From positions 2,336,001-2,400,000 of the forward strand of contig CBDBCZ010000019.1 in the NCBI GenBank assembly GCA_965203295.1: a stretch of DNA of 64,000 bases, read 5' to 3'. Positions 20,687 to 31,082 of this stretch are shown piece by piece; positions within the stretch are counted from its first letter, which is position 1, and the number at the start of each line of letters is the position of its first letter. Below the pieces are notes generated by a model. It saw nothing but the letters and a program-made list of their open reading frames with translations. It was not told the DNA's origin and ran no database searches. Source of the stretch: Nitrospirales bacterium. Lineage in GTDB: Bacteria > Nitrospirota > Nitrospiria > Nitrospirales > UBA8639. The position numbers and the translations under genes were made by a program.

Positions 20687-21949
20687 TCAATTAAGAAAAG
20701 TCCTCTGGGAAACAGGCCCAAGGGCAGTGATGGCCATAGGCTTGAGGTCCAAAAGGTCTCGAGACAGACGTAAAACCTGATCCATCGTCACACGGTCAAT
20801 CTCGGAAATCATTTCTCCGAGGGAAACGTGGCGCCCCTGGCTCATCTCATCTCTTGCTAATTTACTCATGCGGCCATATGTTCCCTCAAGGCCTAACATC
20901 AACGTGCCTTTCATCTGAGTTTTTGTCCTTTCCAATTCCCTTGGAGCCACTCCATTTTTTCGGAGTTTTCGAATTTCCTTCTGCACGAGATCAACCAACT
21001 GCGCGGCTTCTTTCTGCCCAGTGGCTGCATAAATCGTCAGCGTCCCCCCATCCGAAAAGCTTGATAGCTGGGAATAGATGGTATAGGCAAGTCCCCGTTT
21101 CTCACGAATTTCCTGGAACAGCCGTGAACTCACCCCTCCTCCTAAAATGGTATTGAGGATGTGAGCGGCGAATCGATCATTGTCGTTCAGAGAAATCCCT
21201 TTAAATCCAAAGCACATGTGGGTTTGTTCCAAGCGTCGAGGATGGACAAACAATCCTCCATGGAGGGTCGGAGGTCGCCTTGTAGGTTGTTCAGTCCCTG
21301 AACAATCTCCATTCCCATTTCTGGTCCATGAGGAAAAAGTCTTATCCAACAAGTGGGTCAGGTCTCGAGAATTGAAATTTCCCGCAACCGCCAGCACGAC
21401 TTTTTGGGGATGATAATGTTCTCGGACATATTGCAAGAGATCGTGGCGACTCAGGCTTTCCATGGTAGCCTGTTCACCTAAAATGGGCCGACCCAAAGGG
21501 TGTTTCCGGAGTACATCCTTCGCATGAAGTTCCTGCACTAAATCTTCGGGGTCATCCCGTACCGTCCTGATTTCTTCCAACACCACTTGCTTTTCTTTTT
21601 CGATCTCCTTTGGTGAGAAACGGGAGTGGTGAAACAAATCCGCTAAAAGATCGACAGCCTGAGAGATCTGCTGATCCAACACTTTAATATAAAACGTGGT
21701 CGATTCATGGGTGGTATACGCATTCATTTCTCCACCCAATGCGTCAATTTCGTGCGAAATTTGAGCACTTGACCGACGTTTCGTGCCTTTAAACATCATA
21801 TGTTCTAGAAAATGGGAAATCCCTTGCTGACCAACCCCTTCATCTCTCGCTCCAACATTGACCCAAATGCCAATGGCGACAGATTTTAGGGCAGACATCT
21901 TCTCCATGACCACCCGAACTCCATTGTCCAACATCACTTTTCGTATCAT
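20687..21949 (-). CDS. M16 family zinc peptidase
   Basis: Inverted zinc motif HFLEH, NAYT and SSRLFQEIREKRGLAY. It lies downstream of pnp. Confidence 0.95.
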   Translation of the reverse strand: MIRKVMLDNGVRVVMEKMSALKSVAIGIWVNVGARDEGVGQQGISHFLEHMMFKGTKRRSSAQISHEIDALGGEMNAYTTHESTTFYIKVLDQQISQAVDLLADLFHHSRFSPKEIEKEKQVVLEEIRTVRDDPEDLVQELHAKDVLRKHPLGRPILGEQATMESLSRHDLLQYVREHYHPQKVVLAVAGNFNSRDLTHLLDKTFSSWTRNGNGDCSGTEQPTRRPPTLHGGLFVHPRRLEQTHMCFGFKGISLNDNDRFAAHILNTILGGGVSSRLFQEIREKRGLAYTIYSQLSSFSDGGTLTIYAATGQKEAAQLVDLVQKEIRKLRKNGVAPRELERTKTQMKGTLMLGLEGTYGRMSKLARDEMSQGRHVSLGEMISEIDRVTMDQVLRLSRDLLDLKPMAITALGPVSQRTFLN

Positions 21950-21961
21950 GAAGTCAGACCA

Positions 21962-24070
21962 TTAAGAGACTGGGGAGGTTCCTTCAGCCTCAGCCATTGC
22001 TTCTCTCCGGCTCAATCGAATTTTGCCTTGCCTGTCAATTTCCAAGACCTTAACAAGGACCTGTTCTCCTTCGCTCAGCTCATCCGTAACTAATTTGACA
22101 CGATGATGGGCAAGCTGCGAGATATGAAGAAGTCCATCAAGGTTCGGAAGAATCTCCACAAATGCCCCAAAGTCCACGATTTTCTTGACCGTGCCATTAT
22201 AAATTTTTCCGACCTCAACTTCTTCAGTCAGTCGGTTAATCATGTCTATTGCGCGTTGCGCAGACGCTTCATCCTGTGACGCGATGGTCACCAGTCCTGA
22301 ATCGTCAACATTCACCTTCACACCACATTCGGCAATGATACCTCTTATCACCTTTCCACCAGGGCCAATGACATCCCTTATTTTGTCCTGTTTTATTTGA
22401 AGGTTATAAATCCTGGGCGCGTATGGTGCCAAGTTCGGACGTGGAGTAGCTAACGATTCCAACATTTTATCAAGAATATACAAGCGACCGACTCGTGCTT
22501 GTTCAAGTGCCTGCTGCATGAGATTGGTCGTAATTCCCTGAATTTTGATATCCATTTGGAGGGCTGTCACACCATTTTTGGACCCGGTTACTTTGAAGTC
22601 CATATCGCCCAGATGATCCTCCAACCCCAAAATATCCGATAAGATCAACACTCGATCTTTTTCCTTAATCAAGCCCATTGCAATTCCGGCTATGGGTTCC
22701 TTGATCGGGACTCCCGCATCCATTAAGGCAAGCGAACCTCCACATACGGTGGCCATTGATGAAGATCCATTAGACTCTAAAATGTCTGAAACAATTCGGA
22801 TGGTGTAGGGGAAGGTTTCCTTTGTGGGAATGACAGACTTGAGAGCACGTTCAGCTAATTTTCCATGCCCGACTTCCCTCCTACCAGGGTTACGAAGAGG
22901 CCTGGCTTCTCCTACACTAAAAGGAGGAAAGTTATAATGGAGCATAAATGTACGAAAATACTCTCCCTCAAGTGCGTCAATTCGTTGTTCATCATCGGTC
23001 GTTCCCAAAGTCACAACAGCAAGGCTTTGAGTCTCCCCTCTCGTAAATAAGGCCGAGCCATGGGTGCGAGGCAGCACTGCCGTTTCACAGATGATAGAAC
23101 GAATATCAGATGGACCACGTCCATCTGCCCGAACCCTACGCTGCAAGATCATATCCCGCACTTCACTATATTCCAGTGAATGATAAACCTCCTTCACCTG
23201 TCGGGTACGTTGGGCATCTTCCCCGGCAATATGTTCTATGGCCCCCTGAGCAATCGCATCTAGACGTTCTTGACGCGCTATTTTGTTTGGAATAAGGATA
23301 GCTTCACGTATCTGACTGGCAACCTGCTGTTTGACCTCATTGACTAATTCCTCGCTAATCGGCTCAACTTCCACAACCCGTTTTTCTCGCCCTGCCAATT
23401 TCTGAAGTTCCGATATTTTGGCCGTAATGAGTTTGATCTCCCGATGGGCCAATTCCAATGCCTCAAGCATGACCGTCTCCGGTAAACCATTCGCACCAGC
23501 CTCAACCATCATAATGGCTTCTGGCGTCCCAGCGACCGCAAGGTCCAAATCACTTTTCCCAAGGGTTTCAAGGTCAGGATTGACCACAAACTCTCCATTG
23601 ACTCGCCCAATCTTGATTCCAGCAAGAGGCCCCAGAAACGGAATATCAGAAATGGCCAAGGCCGCTGAGGCAGCGGTGATTCCCACAATATCAGAGGTCA
23701 TCGTTTGATCCACTGACAGAACCGAAACGATAACTTGGGTTTCATAATAAAACCCTTTAGGAATTAATGGACGAATAGGTCTGTCGATCAGACGGCTGGT
23801 CAAAACTTCCTTCTCAGAGGGAGCCCCTTCTCGTCTAAAAAAACCCCCTGGGATTTTTCCAGCCGCATACGCCTTTTCCTGATAATTCATGGTGAGTGGG
23901 AGAAAATCCGTATCCGGTTTTAATGTTTGGGAGGCGACAGCTGTCGCCAATACCACCGTGTCCCCGTAAGAGGCCAACACAGATCCACTGGCCTGTTTCG
24001 CCATTCTCCCAGTTTCAAGCCGTAAGGGTCGTCCCGCAACTTCTAGTTCAACCGTATGCACCATGATCAT
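21962..24070 (-). CDS. pnp: Polyribonucleotide nucleotidyltransferase
   Basis: Two RNase PH domains (RLIDRPIRP, ESNGSSSMA, DHLGDMDFK) plus KH and S1 domains. Confidence 0.98.
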   Translation of the reverse strand: MIMVHTVELEVAGRPLRLETGRMAKQASGSVLASYGDTVVLATAVASQTLKPDTDFLPLTMNYQEKAYAAGKIPGGFFRREGAPSEKEVLTSRLIDRPIRPLIPKGFYYETQVIVSVLSVDQTMTSDIVGITAASAALAISDIPFLGPLAGIKIGRVNGEFVVNPDLETLGKSDLDLAVAGTPEAIMMVEAGANGLPETVMLEALELAHREIKLITAKISELQKLAGREKRVVEVEPISEELVNEVKQQVASQIREAILIPNKIARQERLDAIAQGAIEHIAGEDAQRTRQVKEVYHSLEYSEVRDMILQRRVRADGRGPSDIRSIICETAVLPRTHGSALFTRGETQSLAVVTLGTTDDEQRIDALEGEYFRTFMLHYNFPPFSVGEARPLRNPGRREVGHGKLAERALKSVIPTKETFPYTIRIVSDILESNGSSSMATVCGGSLALMDAGVPIKEPIAGIAMGLIKEKDRVLILSDILGLEDHLGDMDFKVTGSKNGVTALQMDIKIQGITTNLMQQALEQARVGRLYILDKMLESLATPRPNLAPYAPRIYNLQIKQDKIRDVIGPGGKVIRGIIAECGVKVNVDDSGLVTIASQDEASAQRAIDMINRLTEEVEVGKIYNGTVKKIVDFGAFVEILPNLDGLLHISQLAHHRVKLVTDELSEGEQVLVKVLEIDRQGKIRLSRREAMAEAEGTSPVS

Positions 24071-24212
24071 TCATTCCCTTCTCTAATGCTTTACCTTAGT
24101 ATCCCATGCTCTCTGCAAGATTTCCCCACCGCCTTGCCCCGCCATGAGGGAAGCCCATGGTGGATACCCTTGTTCCACTCCCATTCAGAAAATAGGACTC
24201 CTAGACAACCAA

Positions 24213-24482
24213 CTATTTCCTCAACCCCAAGAACGCTAACAAAGCTCGATATTTGTCACCATCTACGCGATGTATGTAATTTAACAATCGCCGCCGTTTA
24301 CTCACCATATTTAAGAGACCATGCCGTGAATGATGATCTTTCTTGTGTGTTTTAAAATGCTCGGTCAAATAATTGATGCGGTTCGTGAGGACGGCAATCT
24401 GAATCTCTGAAGAACCCGTATCATGGTCATGGTGCCCATGCTGTTTAATGATTTCGTGCTTGGCTTCTTTGATTAACGCCAT
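24213..24482 (-). CDS. rpsO: 30S ribosomal protein S15
   Basis: [10 protein letters not shown] and HKKDHHSR motifs. Confidence 0.98.
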   Translation of the reverse strand: MALIKEAKHEIIKQHGHHDHDTGSSEIQIAVLTNRINYLTEHFKTHKKDHHSRHGLLNMVSKRRRLLNYIHRVDGDKYRALLAFLGLRK

Positions 24483-24587
24483 GTCACTCCCCCTTTCCTT
24501 ACCTTCAGACAAGATCGATGTTCTACATTCAGCATTTCAGAAAACTTGGTTGCATTATCCTTTGTCACAAACAGATAGCTCCATACT

Positions 24588-25604
24588 CTACATTGACATG
24601 GACGCGCTCAAACGCACTTGGTTGGTCAACACTTTCGTGACTGCCAATCGCGGTGAAAGCTGATGGGCTTTTATGTCTTTTTGGATTTGCCCGAGTCCCA
24701 AAAGCTGCCCATTTCCATCTTTCACCCGAACAACGACCCCTTGTTCTAACTCAAATTTGTGATCGTGCTCAGGCTGCGAAATCACGGACAACGGTAACGG
24801 TACGCCATTCAAGACTTTTTCACGATCTTCAACTCGAACAGAGACGAAAGGCAAATCCTGTAGAGCTTGATCAATATTTAAAAAGGCCGACGTCGTTCGA
24901 GGATCTAACCCCTTATTGAAATCTTCTAATGAGTTGGCTTGATCAATAATAAAGGGGCCAACCCGAGTCCGTTCAAGGCGTAAAAGATGCCCTCCTACAC
25001 CCAGCTTTTGTCCAATATCAGCACACAAGGTGCGAATATAGGTCCCCTTTGAGCAGACAACTTTCATATGAACGTGGGGACCTTGGATGCTATGGACTTC
25101 AATATGATGGATTCGGACCTGACGGGCTTGTCGAACGACTTCCCGCTCTTCTCGTGCAGCTTTGTAAAGGGGCTTTCCCCCAACTTTGACCGCCGAAAAC
25201 ATTGGGGGGATTTGTTGAATGGTCCCTTGAAATTCTGCCACAACTTGTCGAACAACGTTTTCATCCAACTGTTCGACAGAAGATTCTTTTACAAGAATTC
25301 CAGTGGCATCCTGAGTATTGGTTTCTTGGCCAAGAACAAGAACGGCCTCGTACTCCTTATCCCAATTTGTGAGAAATTCTGAAATCCTGGTTGCCTTTCC
25401 TAACAGGATAGGAAGGACCCCAGTCGCTGCAGGGTCAAGTGTTCCTGCATGGCCTATTTTTTTTATCCGCAACAGGTGTCGAAGCTTCGCGACAACGTCA
25501 TGGGACGTCCATCCTGCCGGTTTCACGACATTCAACACCCCATCCCATTGGTCATGAATTGGTGAGTCAGTGGATGGGTGAGCGAGCTGCATGAGCGTTT
25601 CCAT
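24588..25604 (-). CDS. truB: tRNA pseudouridine(55) synthase
   Basis: KPAGWTSHD, GHAGTLDP, PPMFSA and CSKGTYIRTL motifs. Confidence 0.97.
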   Translation of the reverse strand: METLMQLAHPSTDSPIHDQWDGVLNVVKPAGWTSHDVVAKLRHLLRIKKIGHAGTLDPAATGVLPILLGKATRISEFLTNWDKEYEAVLVLGQETNTQDATGILVKESSVEQLDENVVRQVVAEFQGTIQQIPPMFSAVKVGGKPLYKAAREEREVVRQARQVRIHHIEVHSIQGPHVHMKVVCSKGTYIRTLCADIGQKLGVGGHLLRLERTRVGPFIIDQANSLEDFNKGLDPRTTSAFLNIDQALQDLPFVSVRVEDREKVLNGVPLPLSVISQPEHDHKFELEQGVVVRVKDGNGQLLGLGQIQKDIKAHQLSPRLAVTKVLTNQVRLSASMSM

Positions 25605-25656
25605 TATGCCTTACTGCGCCCTTAACACTTCAGCCCCACCATCCGTATTCCCCTCT

Positions 25657-26013
25657 TTAATTTCCAAGGTTCAACTGATCGAGCAATTGATCGATTCTCG
25701 CACCCTGAAGGCCAGAAGAGTCCCAACAGAAGGTCACATCAGGGGTATACTTCAAACCCAAGCGACGTCCTAATTCTCCTCTAATGAAACCCACAGCACG
25801 TTGCAATCCCTCAAAAACCTGCTGTTTAGCATCACCCTCTTGAAGAGTCGTGACCAAAACATTCGCGATTCGAAGGTCACCGCTGAGCCTCACGTCTGTC
25901 ACTGTCACCATTGCTAGACGAGGATCCTTTGATTTCCTTGCTAGGATATCGGCCACTTCCATTTGAATCTGGTCAGCAACCCGTTCTGCGCGTTTATAAG
26001 TAGGCCTTGCCAT
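25657..26013 (-). CDS. rbfA: Ribosome-binding factor A
   Basis: RAERVA, KDPRL and VTVTDVRLSGDL motifs, plus position in the infB operon. Confidence 0.95.
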   Translation of the reverse strand: MARPTYKRAERVADQIQMEVADILARKSKDPRLAMVTVTDVRLSGDLRIANVLVTTLQEGDAKQQVFEGLQRAVGFIRGELGRRLGLKYTPDVTFCWDSSGLQGARIDQLLDQLNLGN

Positions 26014-26044
26014 GCCAAAGACCTCCAGTTTCGTGGAACCGGAA

Positions 26045-26072
26045 CAATTAGAGTAATTCAATTAGAGTAATT
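26045..26072. repeat. 14-bp perfect tandem duplication (CAATTAGAGTAATT x2) at the DUF503 stop codon
   Basis: Read directly from the sequence. Confidence 0.9.
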
Positions 26073-26343
26073 CAATGTGAGAACGAACCAGTTTCAGTGT
26101 CGGGTTTGATCGAATCACATTTAAGACCTGATCCAATACCCCGTTCACGTGACGACCGTCATTAGAAAAACACGCAATTCCTAAAACCGACTTTTGCCAT
26201 AAATCCTGATCTCCGACTTCTGCAACCGAGACATTAAATTTCTGGCATAGACGGGCCTTCAGACTCGAGAGGACTTGGCGTTTGGCCTTTAACGAATGTC
26301 CGTCCGGGAGAAAGAGTTCAGCCGTGCAGACCCCAACAACCAT
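26062..26343 (-). CDS. DUF503 (YlxP-like) protein
   Basis: HSLKAKR and FNVSVAEVGDQDLWQ motifs, located between infB and rbfA. Confidence 0.93.
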   Translation of the reverse strand: MVVGVCTAELFLPDGHSLKAKRQVLSSLKARLCQKFNVSVAEVGDQDLWQKSVLGIACFSNDGRHVNGVLDQVLNVIRSNPTLKLVRSHIELL

Positions 26344-26385
26344 ACCGTTTGTTGCTAGCGAGAGACCGAGGAAACCCGCGACAAC

Positions 26386-28956
26386 TCATAAGCGAGTGGC
26401 TTCCTTATCGTGAACATAGACTTCAATAACATCGCCAATTTTTATATCGTTAAAGTTCTCAATTCCGATCCCACACTCATATCCTTGCTGGACTTCTCGA
26501 ACGTCGTCTTTAAAACGACGCAACGAATCCACTTTTCCTTCATAGACCATCACATGATCTCGAAGAACCCGCACGCCTTCACTGGCACGGGCAATAACCC
26601 CATCTGTCACATAACACCCCGCAATCGCTCCTATCCTTGGAATCGTGAAGACCTGACGAACTTCGGCTCGCCCCAGAACGCGTTCAGTGATTGTGGGCTC
26701 CAGCAATCCTTCGGCCGCAGCTTTGATATCCGCAATCATGTTATAGATGACGGTATAGAGACGAATGCTGACTCCCTCACGTTCGGCGAGAGCCGAGGCT
26801 TTTGGCTCAGGTCTCACATGGAACCCAATGATAATGGCTCCAGAGGCTGAGGCTAAAAGAATATCCGACTCGGTGATTCCACCCACTCCACTGTGCAGCA
26901 CTTGGATTTTGACCGTTGAGGAGGAAATCTTCGTAAGGGCTTCACATATCGCACCAACTGACCCATGGACATCAGCCTTGACCACAAGGGATAACTCTTT
27001 GAATTCGGTCCGCTCCCCTTGCAAATACAAATCATCCAACGTGAGGCGGGTTGCGCTCGCCCCCAGCTCAGCGGTTCGCTGTTTATGTCTGCGAGCCTCC
27101 GCAATGTCGCGTGCAGCTCGTTCGTCTTTAACGGCAACAAACAAATCTCCTGCCGCCGGCATATCCAACAATCCAACTACCTCAACAGGCGTGGACGGGT
27201 CAGCCTCTTGTACCCTGGTTCCATCATGAGAGACCAGAGCCCTGACTCGACCGCTAACCGTCCCTACCACAAAGGTAGCCCCCACACGAAGAATTCCACC
27301 TTGCACCAAGATCGTCGCCACAGGTCCTCGGCCTCGATCCAACTTAGCTTCCAACACAATTCCTCTTGCAGATTGAGCCACATCGGCTTTCAATTCTAAT
27401 ACTTCCGCCTGGAGGAGAATCATATCCAGAAGAACATCAAGCCCTGTTTGTTGCTTTGCTGAGACCTCTACGTAAATGGTTTGTCCACCCCAGGATTCAG
27501 GAATCAGACCATGTTCGGATAACTCCTGCTTGACACGATCCGGGTGCGCCCCAGGCATATCCATCTTGTTGATGGCGACAATAATAGGAACGTTGCCGGC
27601 TTTGGCATGATTCGCGGCCTCAATGGTTTGAGGCATCACACCATCGTCAGCCGCCACGACTAAGACCACAATGTCCGTGGCCTGAGCTCCTCTCGCTCTC
27701 ATAGCGGTAAAAGCCTCGTGACCAGGAGTATCTAAAAACGTGATTCGCTTATCGCCCACGTTTACGGAATAAGCACCAATATGTTGGGTGATCCCGCCAG
27801 CTTCCCGTTCAGTCACTCGACTTTTTCGAATCGCATCTAACAGTGTCGTTTTCCCATGGTCTACGTGACCCATGATGGTCACCACGGAAGATCGAGGAAT
27901 CATGATTTGTTCCCCAGTGGACTCGAGTATTTCTTCCAGAAGGGCATCTCCCTCTTTTTCTTGAGAAATTTCAACATTGATCCCAAAGCCTTCGGCTATT
28001 AAAGCCCCCGCATCTAAATTCATTGGCTGATTTAAGGAAAGAGGAAGACCTACCTCCATTAATTTTCGTATGACTTCAGCGGGACGTTGGCTTATCAATT
28101 CCGCAAATTCTTTTACCGTCACGCCTGAGGCAATCTTGATGGTCTTTTTTCGGGGTTGGGTAACCTTCCCAGTGAAACTGGGTTGGACATGGCGAGAGCG
28201 TTCCTCTCGTCGTAGCGTCGGAAGGGGCCTGAGATCTTGCCATCTCGCAGCATCTTCATACCGGGCAGCAAACAGGTCTTCATTTTCCTTCCTCCCTGGC
28301 TTTCGAACCTTTTTAATTTTTTCTTCTTTCTCTAACGCAGCCCCTCCTTCATGCCTATCATGTTGGGATTTACCCCCTTCACTAGAAGCCTCTCCAGGTT
28401 TTGACTCCGATACTCCCTCAGATACAGAGGGAGCAATGGTTATGCCAGGGGGAAGAGCCGCGATTTCAGCACTCTCAGTCACTTCTGGAATGATGGGAGG
28501 TTCAGCAGTTTCTACGGGCATGACGGGAGATGGTTCCGGGCTTGAAGAGATGGGGGCAGTTTCCATCTCGCTAGGGATAACAGGAGGTTCACTAACTGGG
28601 ACTTCCTCTTCCTTCTTCCGCTTAAAAAGGATACGTTTCTTTTCTGGTTTGGGAGGCGCCTCAACCTCCGCAACGGAACTCCCCCGACCTGTTCCTTTAT
28701 GACTATCTCGGCTCTTCGTCGCCCGGCTGAGAGTTTTCGAGGGAGACTTCTTCTCTCTCACTTGGCTCCGTGAACTTTTTGATATGGATGGGTGCACGTC
28801 CTCGTGCTTCCCCTGAAGGGCGCGTGTGGCTTTCTGGACATCGGCTTCATCCAAGGCGTTACTGTGAGATGTCACTTCAATGCCGAGTCGAACCAATTCT
28901 GGAATAAGTTTGCGACTCTCTACCCCAAGCTTTTTGGCTAATTCATGTACTCTCAT
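26386..28956 (-). CDS. infB: Translation initiation factor IF-2
   Basis: MRVHELAK N-terminus, GHVDHGKT, DTPGH, NKMD and GYECGI motifs. Confidence 0.98.
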   Translation of the reverse strand: MRVHELAKKLGVESRKLIPELVRLGIEVTSHSNALDEADVQKATRALQGKHEDVHPSISKSSRSQVREKKSPSKTLSRATKSRDSHKGTGRGSSVAEVEAPPKPEKKRILFKRKKEEEVPVSEPPVIPSEMETAPISSSPEPSPVMPVETAEPPIIPEVTESAEIAALPPGITIAPSVSEGVSESKPGEASSEGGKSQHDRHEGGAALEKEEKIKKVRKPGRKENEDLFAARYEDAARWQDLRPLPTLRREERSRHVQPSFTGKVTQPRKKTIKIASGVTVKEFAELISQRPAEVIRKLMEVGLPLSLNQPMNLDAGALIAEGFGINVEISQEKEGDALLEEILESTGEQIMIPRSSVVTIMGHVDHGKTTLLDAIRKSRVTEREAGGITQHIGAYSVNVGDKRITFLDTPGHEAFTAMRARGAQATDIVVLVVAADDGVMPQTIEAANHAKAGNVPIIVAINKMDMPGAHPDRVKQELSEHGLIPESWGGQTIYVEVSAKQQTGLDVLLDMILLQAEVLELKADVAQSARGIVLEAKLDRGRGPVATILVQGGILRVGATFVVGTVSGRVRALVSHDGTRVQEADPSTPVEVVGLLDMPAAGDLFVAVKDERAARDIAEARRHKQRTAELGASATRLTLDDLYLQGERTEFKELSLVVKADVHGSVGAICEALTKISSSTVKIQVLHSGVGGITESDILLASASGAIIIGFHVRPEPKASALAEREGVSIRLYTVIYNMIADIKAAAEGLLEPTITERVLGRAEVRQVFTIPRIGAIAGCYVTDGVIARASEGVRVLRDHVMVYEGKVDSLRRFKDDVREVQQGYECGIGIENFNDIKIGDVIEVYVHDKEATRL

Positions 28957-28970
28957 AATTGAAGTCACGC

Positions 28971-30185
28971 TCACGATGTCGACTCGGTAGGTTCCAAAGA
29001 ACTCTCTTGATCTCCCCCTTCAGGACTCTCTAACACTTGGGACACCACCTCAGAAGAACTTTCGGTCTCTTGCCCTGGTTCTTGTTCTAACTGGGCCGCA
29101 GCCTCTTCGGCCAAGGCTGCCTTAATGTCACGTTCCCGTTCCATTTTTTCCTTTTCGTATTCGGAGGCGCTAATTATATCAATTTTCCATCCTGTCAGTT
29201 TGGCGGCCAACCGCACATTTTGACCATTTTTCCCAATAGCCAAGGATAACTGAGAATCCGCGACCACCACCAAGGCCGCTTTCTTTTGTTCATCGATTCC
29301 CACTTTTTCAATCGATGCTGGATTCAAGGCTTCCCCAATAAAGACCCGAGGGTCACTTGTCCACGGAATGATATCAATTTTTTCTCCTCGAAGTTCACGA
29401 ACGATAGCTTGGACTCGGGACCCTTTGATGCCAACACAGGCTCCAACCGGATCAACCGCCTTATCGCGTGAAGCAACCGCGATTTTCGTGCGATCACCAG
29501 GTTCTCGCATCACCCCTTTTATCTCAACTATTTTTTCGGTAACCTCTGGCATTTCCAATTGAAAAAGTTTCACGACAAACTGAGGATGTGCCCGTGACAA
29601 GATCACTTGAACATCCTTGGCCGAACGGCGCACTTCCAAGAGATAGGCTCGAATTCGATCTCCCCTCCGATGCGTCTCACGGGGAATTTGTTCATGAACT
29701 GGTAGAATGGCTTCGGTCTTGCCAATTTCAACGATGTAATTACGCCGTTCTTGGCCTAAAATGACCCCATGAACAAGTTCGCCTTCTCGCTTAGAATACT
29801 CCTGCTCGACCGCTTCCCACTCGGCTTCCCGCACTTTCTGACAAATCACTTGCTTCGCAGCTTTGGCGGCAATCCTTCCGAATTCTTCCATCTCAATGAC
29901 CGAACCAATCTCATCACCTGCTTCAGCCTCGGTATCGATGAGCCTGGCTTCTTCCAATGAAATTTGAGTCTTCGTGTCGGTCACCGTATCAGCAATGGTT
30001 TTGAGGGAGACAATAGATATCTCTCCCGTTTGATGATCAAACTGTACGTGAATGTTTTCATTATTCCCGTATCGCTTCTTTGCCGCAGTCAATAAAGCAG
30101 ATTCCACCGCAGCAAAAACACGCTCCTTCACGATACCCTTTTCCCGTCCAAGCTGCTCAATAACCGCCATGAGCTCTTGCTTCAT
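28971..30185 (-). CDS. nusA: Transcription termination/antitermination factor NusA
   Basis: FGRIAA, REPGDRTKIAV, DPVGACVG and AIGKNGQNVRLA motifs. The start is placed at MKQEL after a GGAGAAG RBS. Confidence 0.97.
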   Translation of the reverse strand: MKQELMAVIEQLGREKGIVKERVFAAVESALLTAAKKRYGNNENIHVQFDHQTGEISIVSLKTIADTVTDTKTQISLEEARLIDTEAEAGDEIGSVIEMEEFGRIAAKAAKQVICQKVREAEWEAVEQEYSKREGELVHGVILGQERRNYIVEIGKTEAILPVHEQIPRETHRRGDRIRAYLLEVRRSAKDVQVILSRAHPQFVVKLFQLEMPEVTEKIVEIKGVMREPGDRTKIAVASRDKAVDPVGACVGIKGSRVQAIVRELRGEKIDIIPWTSDPRVFIGEALNPASIEKVGIDEQKKAALVVVADSQLSLAIGKNGQNVRLAAKLTGWKIDIISASEYEKEKMERERDIKAALAEEAAAQLEQEPGQETESSSEVVSQVLESPEGGDQESSLEPTESTS

Positions 30186-30264
30186 AATTCTTCTCCTCCC
30201 ACAACCACTTGACTCGGACCTGTCAACTCTCAAGGCATACTTTCTAAAAACATGGTTCAGGTCT

Positions 30265-30746
30265 CTAAAACTCAACTTCCAATTTGGCTTGCGCGATATG
30301 TTCCCAGGGAATCTCAACAGAAAGAGTTTTTCCCCCTCATGCCTTCCAAGGAAATACCCTGATCATTCACCACAACTAATTGACCTATTGCAACCCAATT
30401 TCCTTCTATGGGCTCACTCAATTTGACCCTGATTGATCTTCCAATGAATCGTTGAAAATCCTCAGGTGTCTTAAGAGGGCGATCTAATCCCGGAGAAGAC
30501 ACCTCCAGTTTGTATGAATGGGGGATTAGGATCAGCGACATCAAGAGCACGACCCAAAGAATGGTGAAATGCTTCGCAATCAACGATTCCGACGCCTCCT
30601 GCCTTATCGATCGTGACCCGTACCATAATCCCATTTCCTCCACCCTGACAGGACACCTCGACCAAATCGAGGGAAAGAGCCTTGGCAATGGGACTGGCAA
30701 TAGCTTGAACCTGTGCCCCAAGATCCTTCCTTTCCACTGCGACCAT
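30265..30746 (-). pseudogene. rimP: Ribosome maturation factor RimP split across three frames
   Basis: The N-terminus (…[13 protein letters not shown]…), middle ([14 protein letters not shown]) and C-terminus (IPWEHIAQAKLEVEF*) are separated by single extra bases near 30526 and 30330. Confidence 0.88.
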
Positions 30747-30781
30747 GATGGAATGATCTCCAACGTAGGATGGAATGAAGC

Positions 30782-30808
30782 AAAAAAAAGTGGGCCTAGG
30801 CCCACTTT
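30782..30808 (-). promoter_or_regulatory. rimP-leader-type terminator/attenuator hairpin
   Basis: AAAGTGGGCCTAGGCCCACTTTTTTTT directly upstream of rimP-nusA-infB. Confidence 0.75.
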
Positions 30809-30946
30809 AATAGAATTTAAGCTACCACTTCCCTTGCCCGAACGCAAGAGGCTATACAGCGATCGTGCAATCGAATAAACCAAATTTAAGATAAGTCGGG
30901 TAAAGAAGGGCAGAAATTTGTGACAGTACAACATTATACTGCATTT

Positions 30947-31022
30947 TGGTGAGCCGCCTCGGGCTCGAACCGAGGGCCCTCGCCTTAAAAGGGCGATGCT
31001 CTACCGACTGAGCTAGCGGCTC
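30947..31022 (-). tRNA. tRNA-Lys (TTT)
   Basis: Sequence GAGCCGCTAGCTCAGTCGGTAGAGCA…, anticodon arm TCGCC-CTTTTAA-GGCGA, TTCGA loop and CCA end. TTGACA-N18-TAGCAT lies upstream. Confidence 0.96.
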
Positions 31023-31082
31023 ACCGAGCGCCGATGCTAGCAACGACCTTTCAACCTTGTCAAACGAATAGGCGCAAAGACG

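Noticed and set aside
28070..28702. Long antisense ORFs (e.g. 28070..28702, 46553..47200, 4717..5211)
   Set aside because: They lie opposite well-supported genes (infB, ssb/rpsF, ihfA/cimA) and have no motifs of their own.
30186..30934. N-terminal extension of NusA (to 30317) and the 206-aa ORF 30314..30934
   Set aside because: These are artefacts of the broken rimP frames. NusA homology and the RBS start at 30185.
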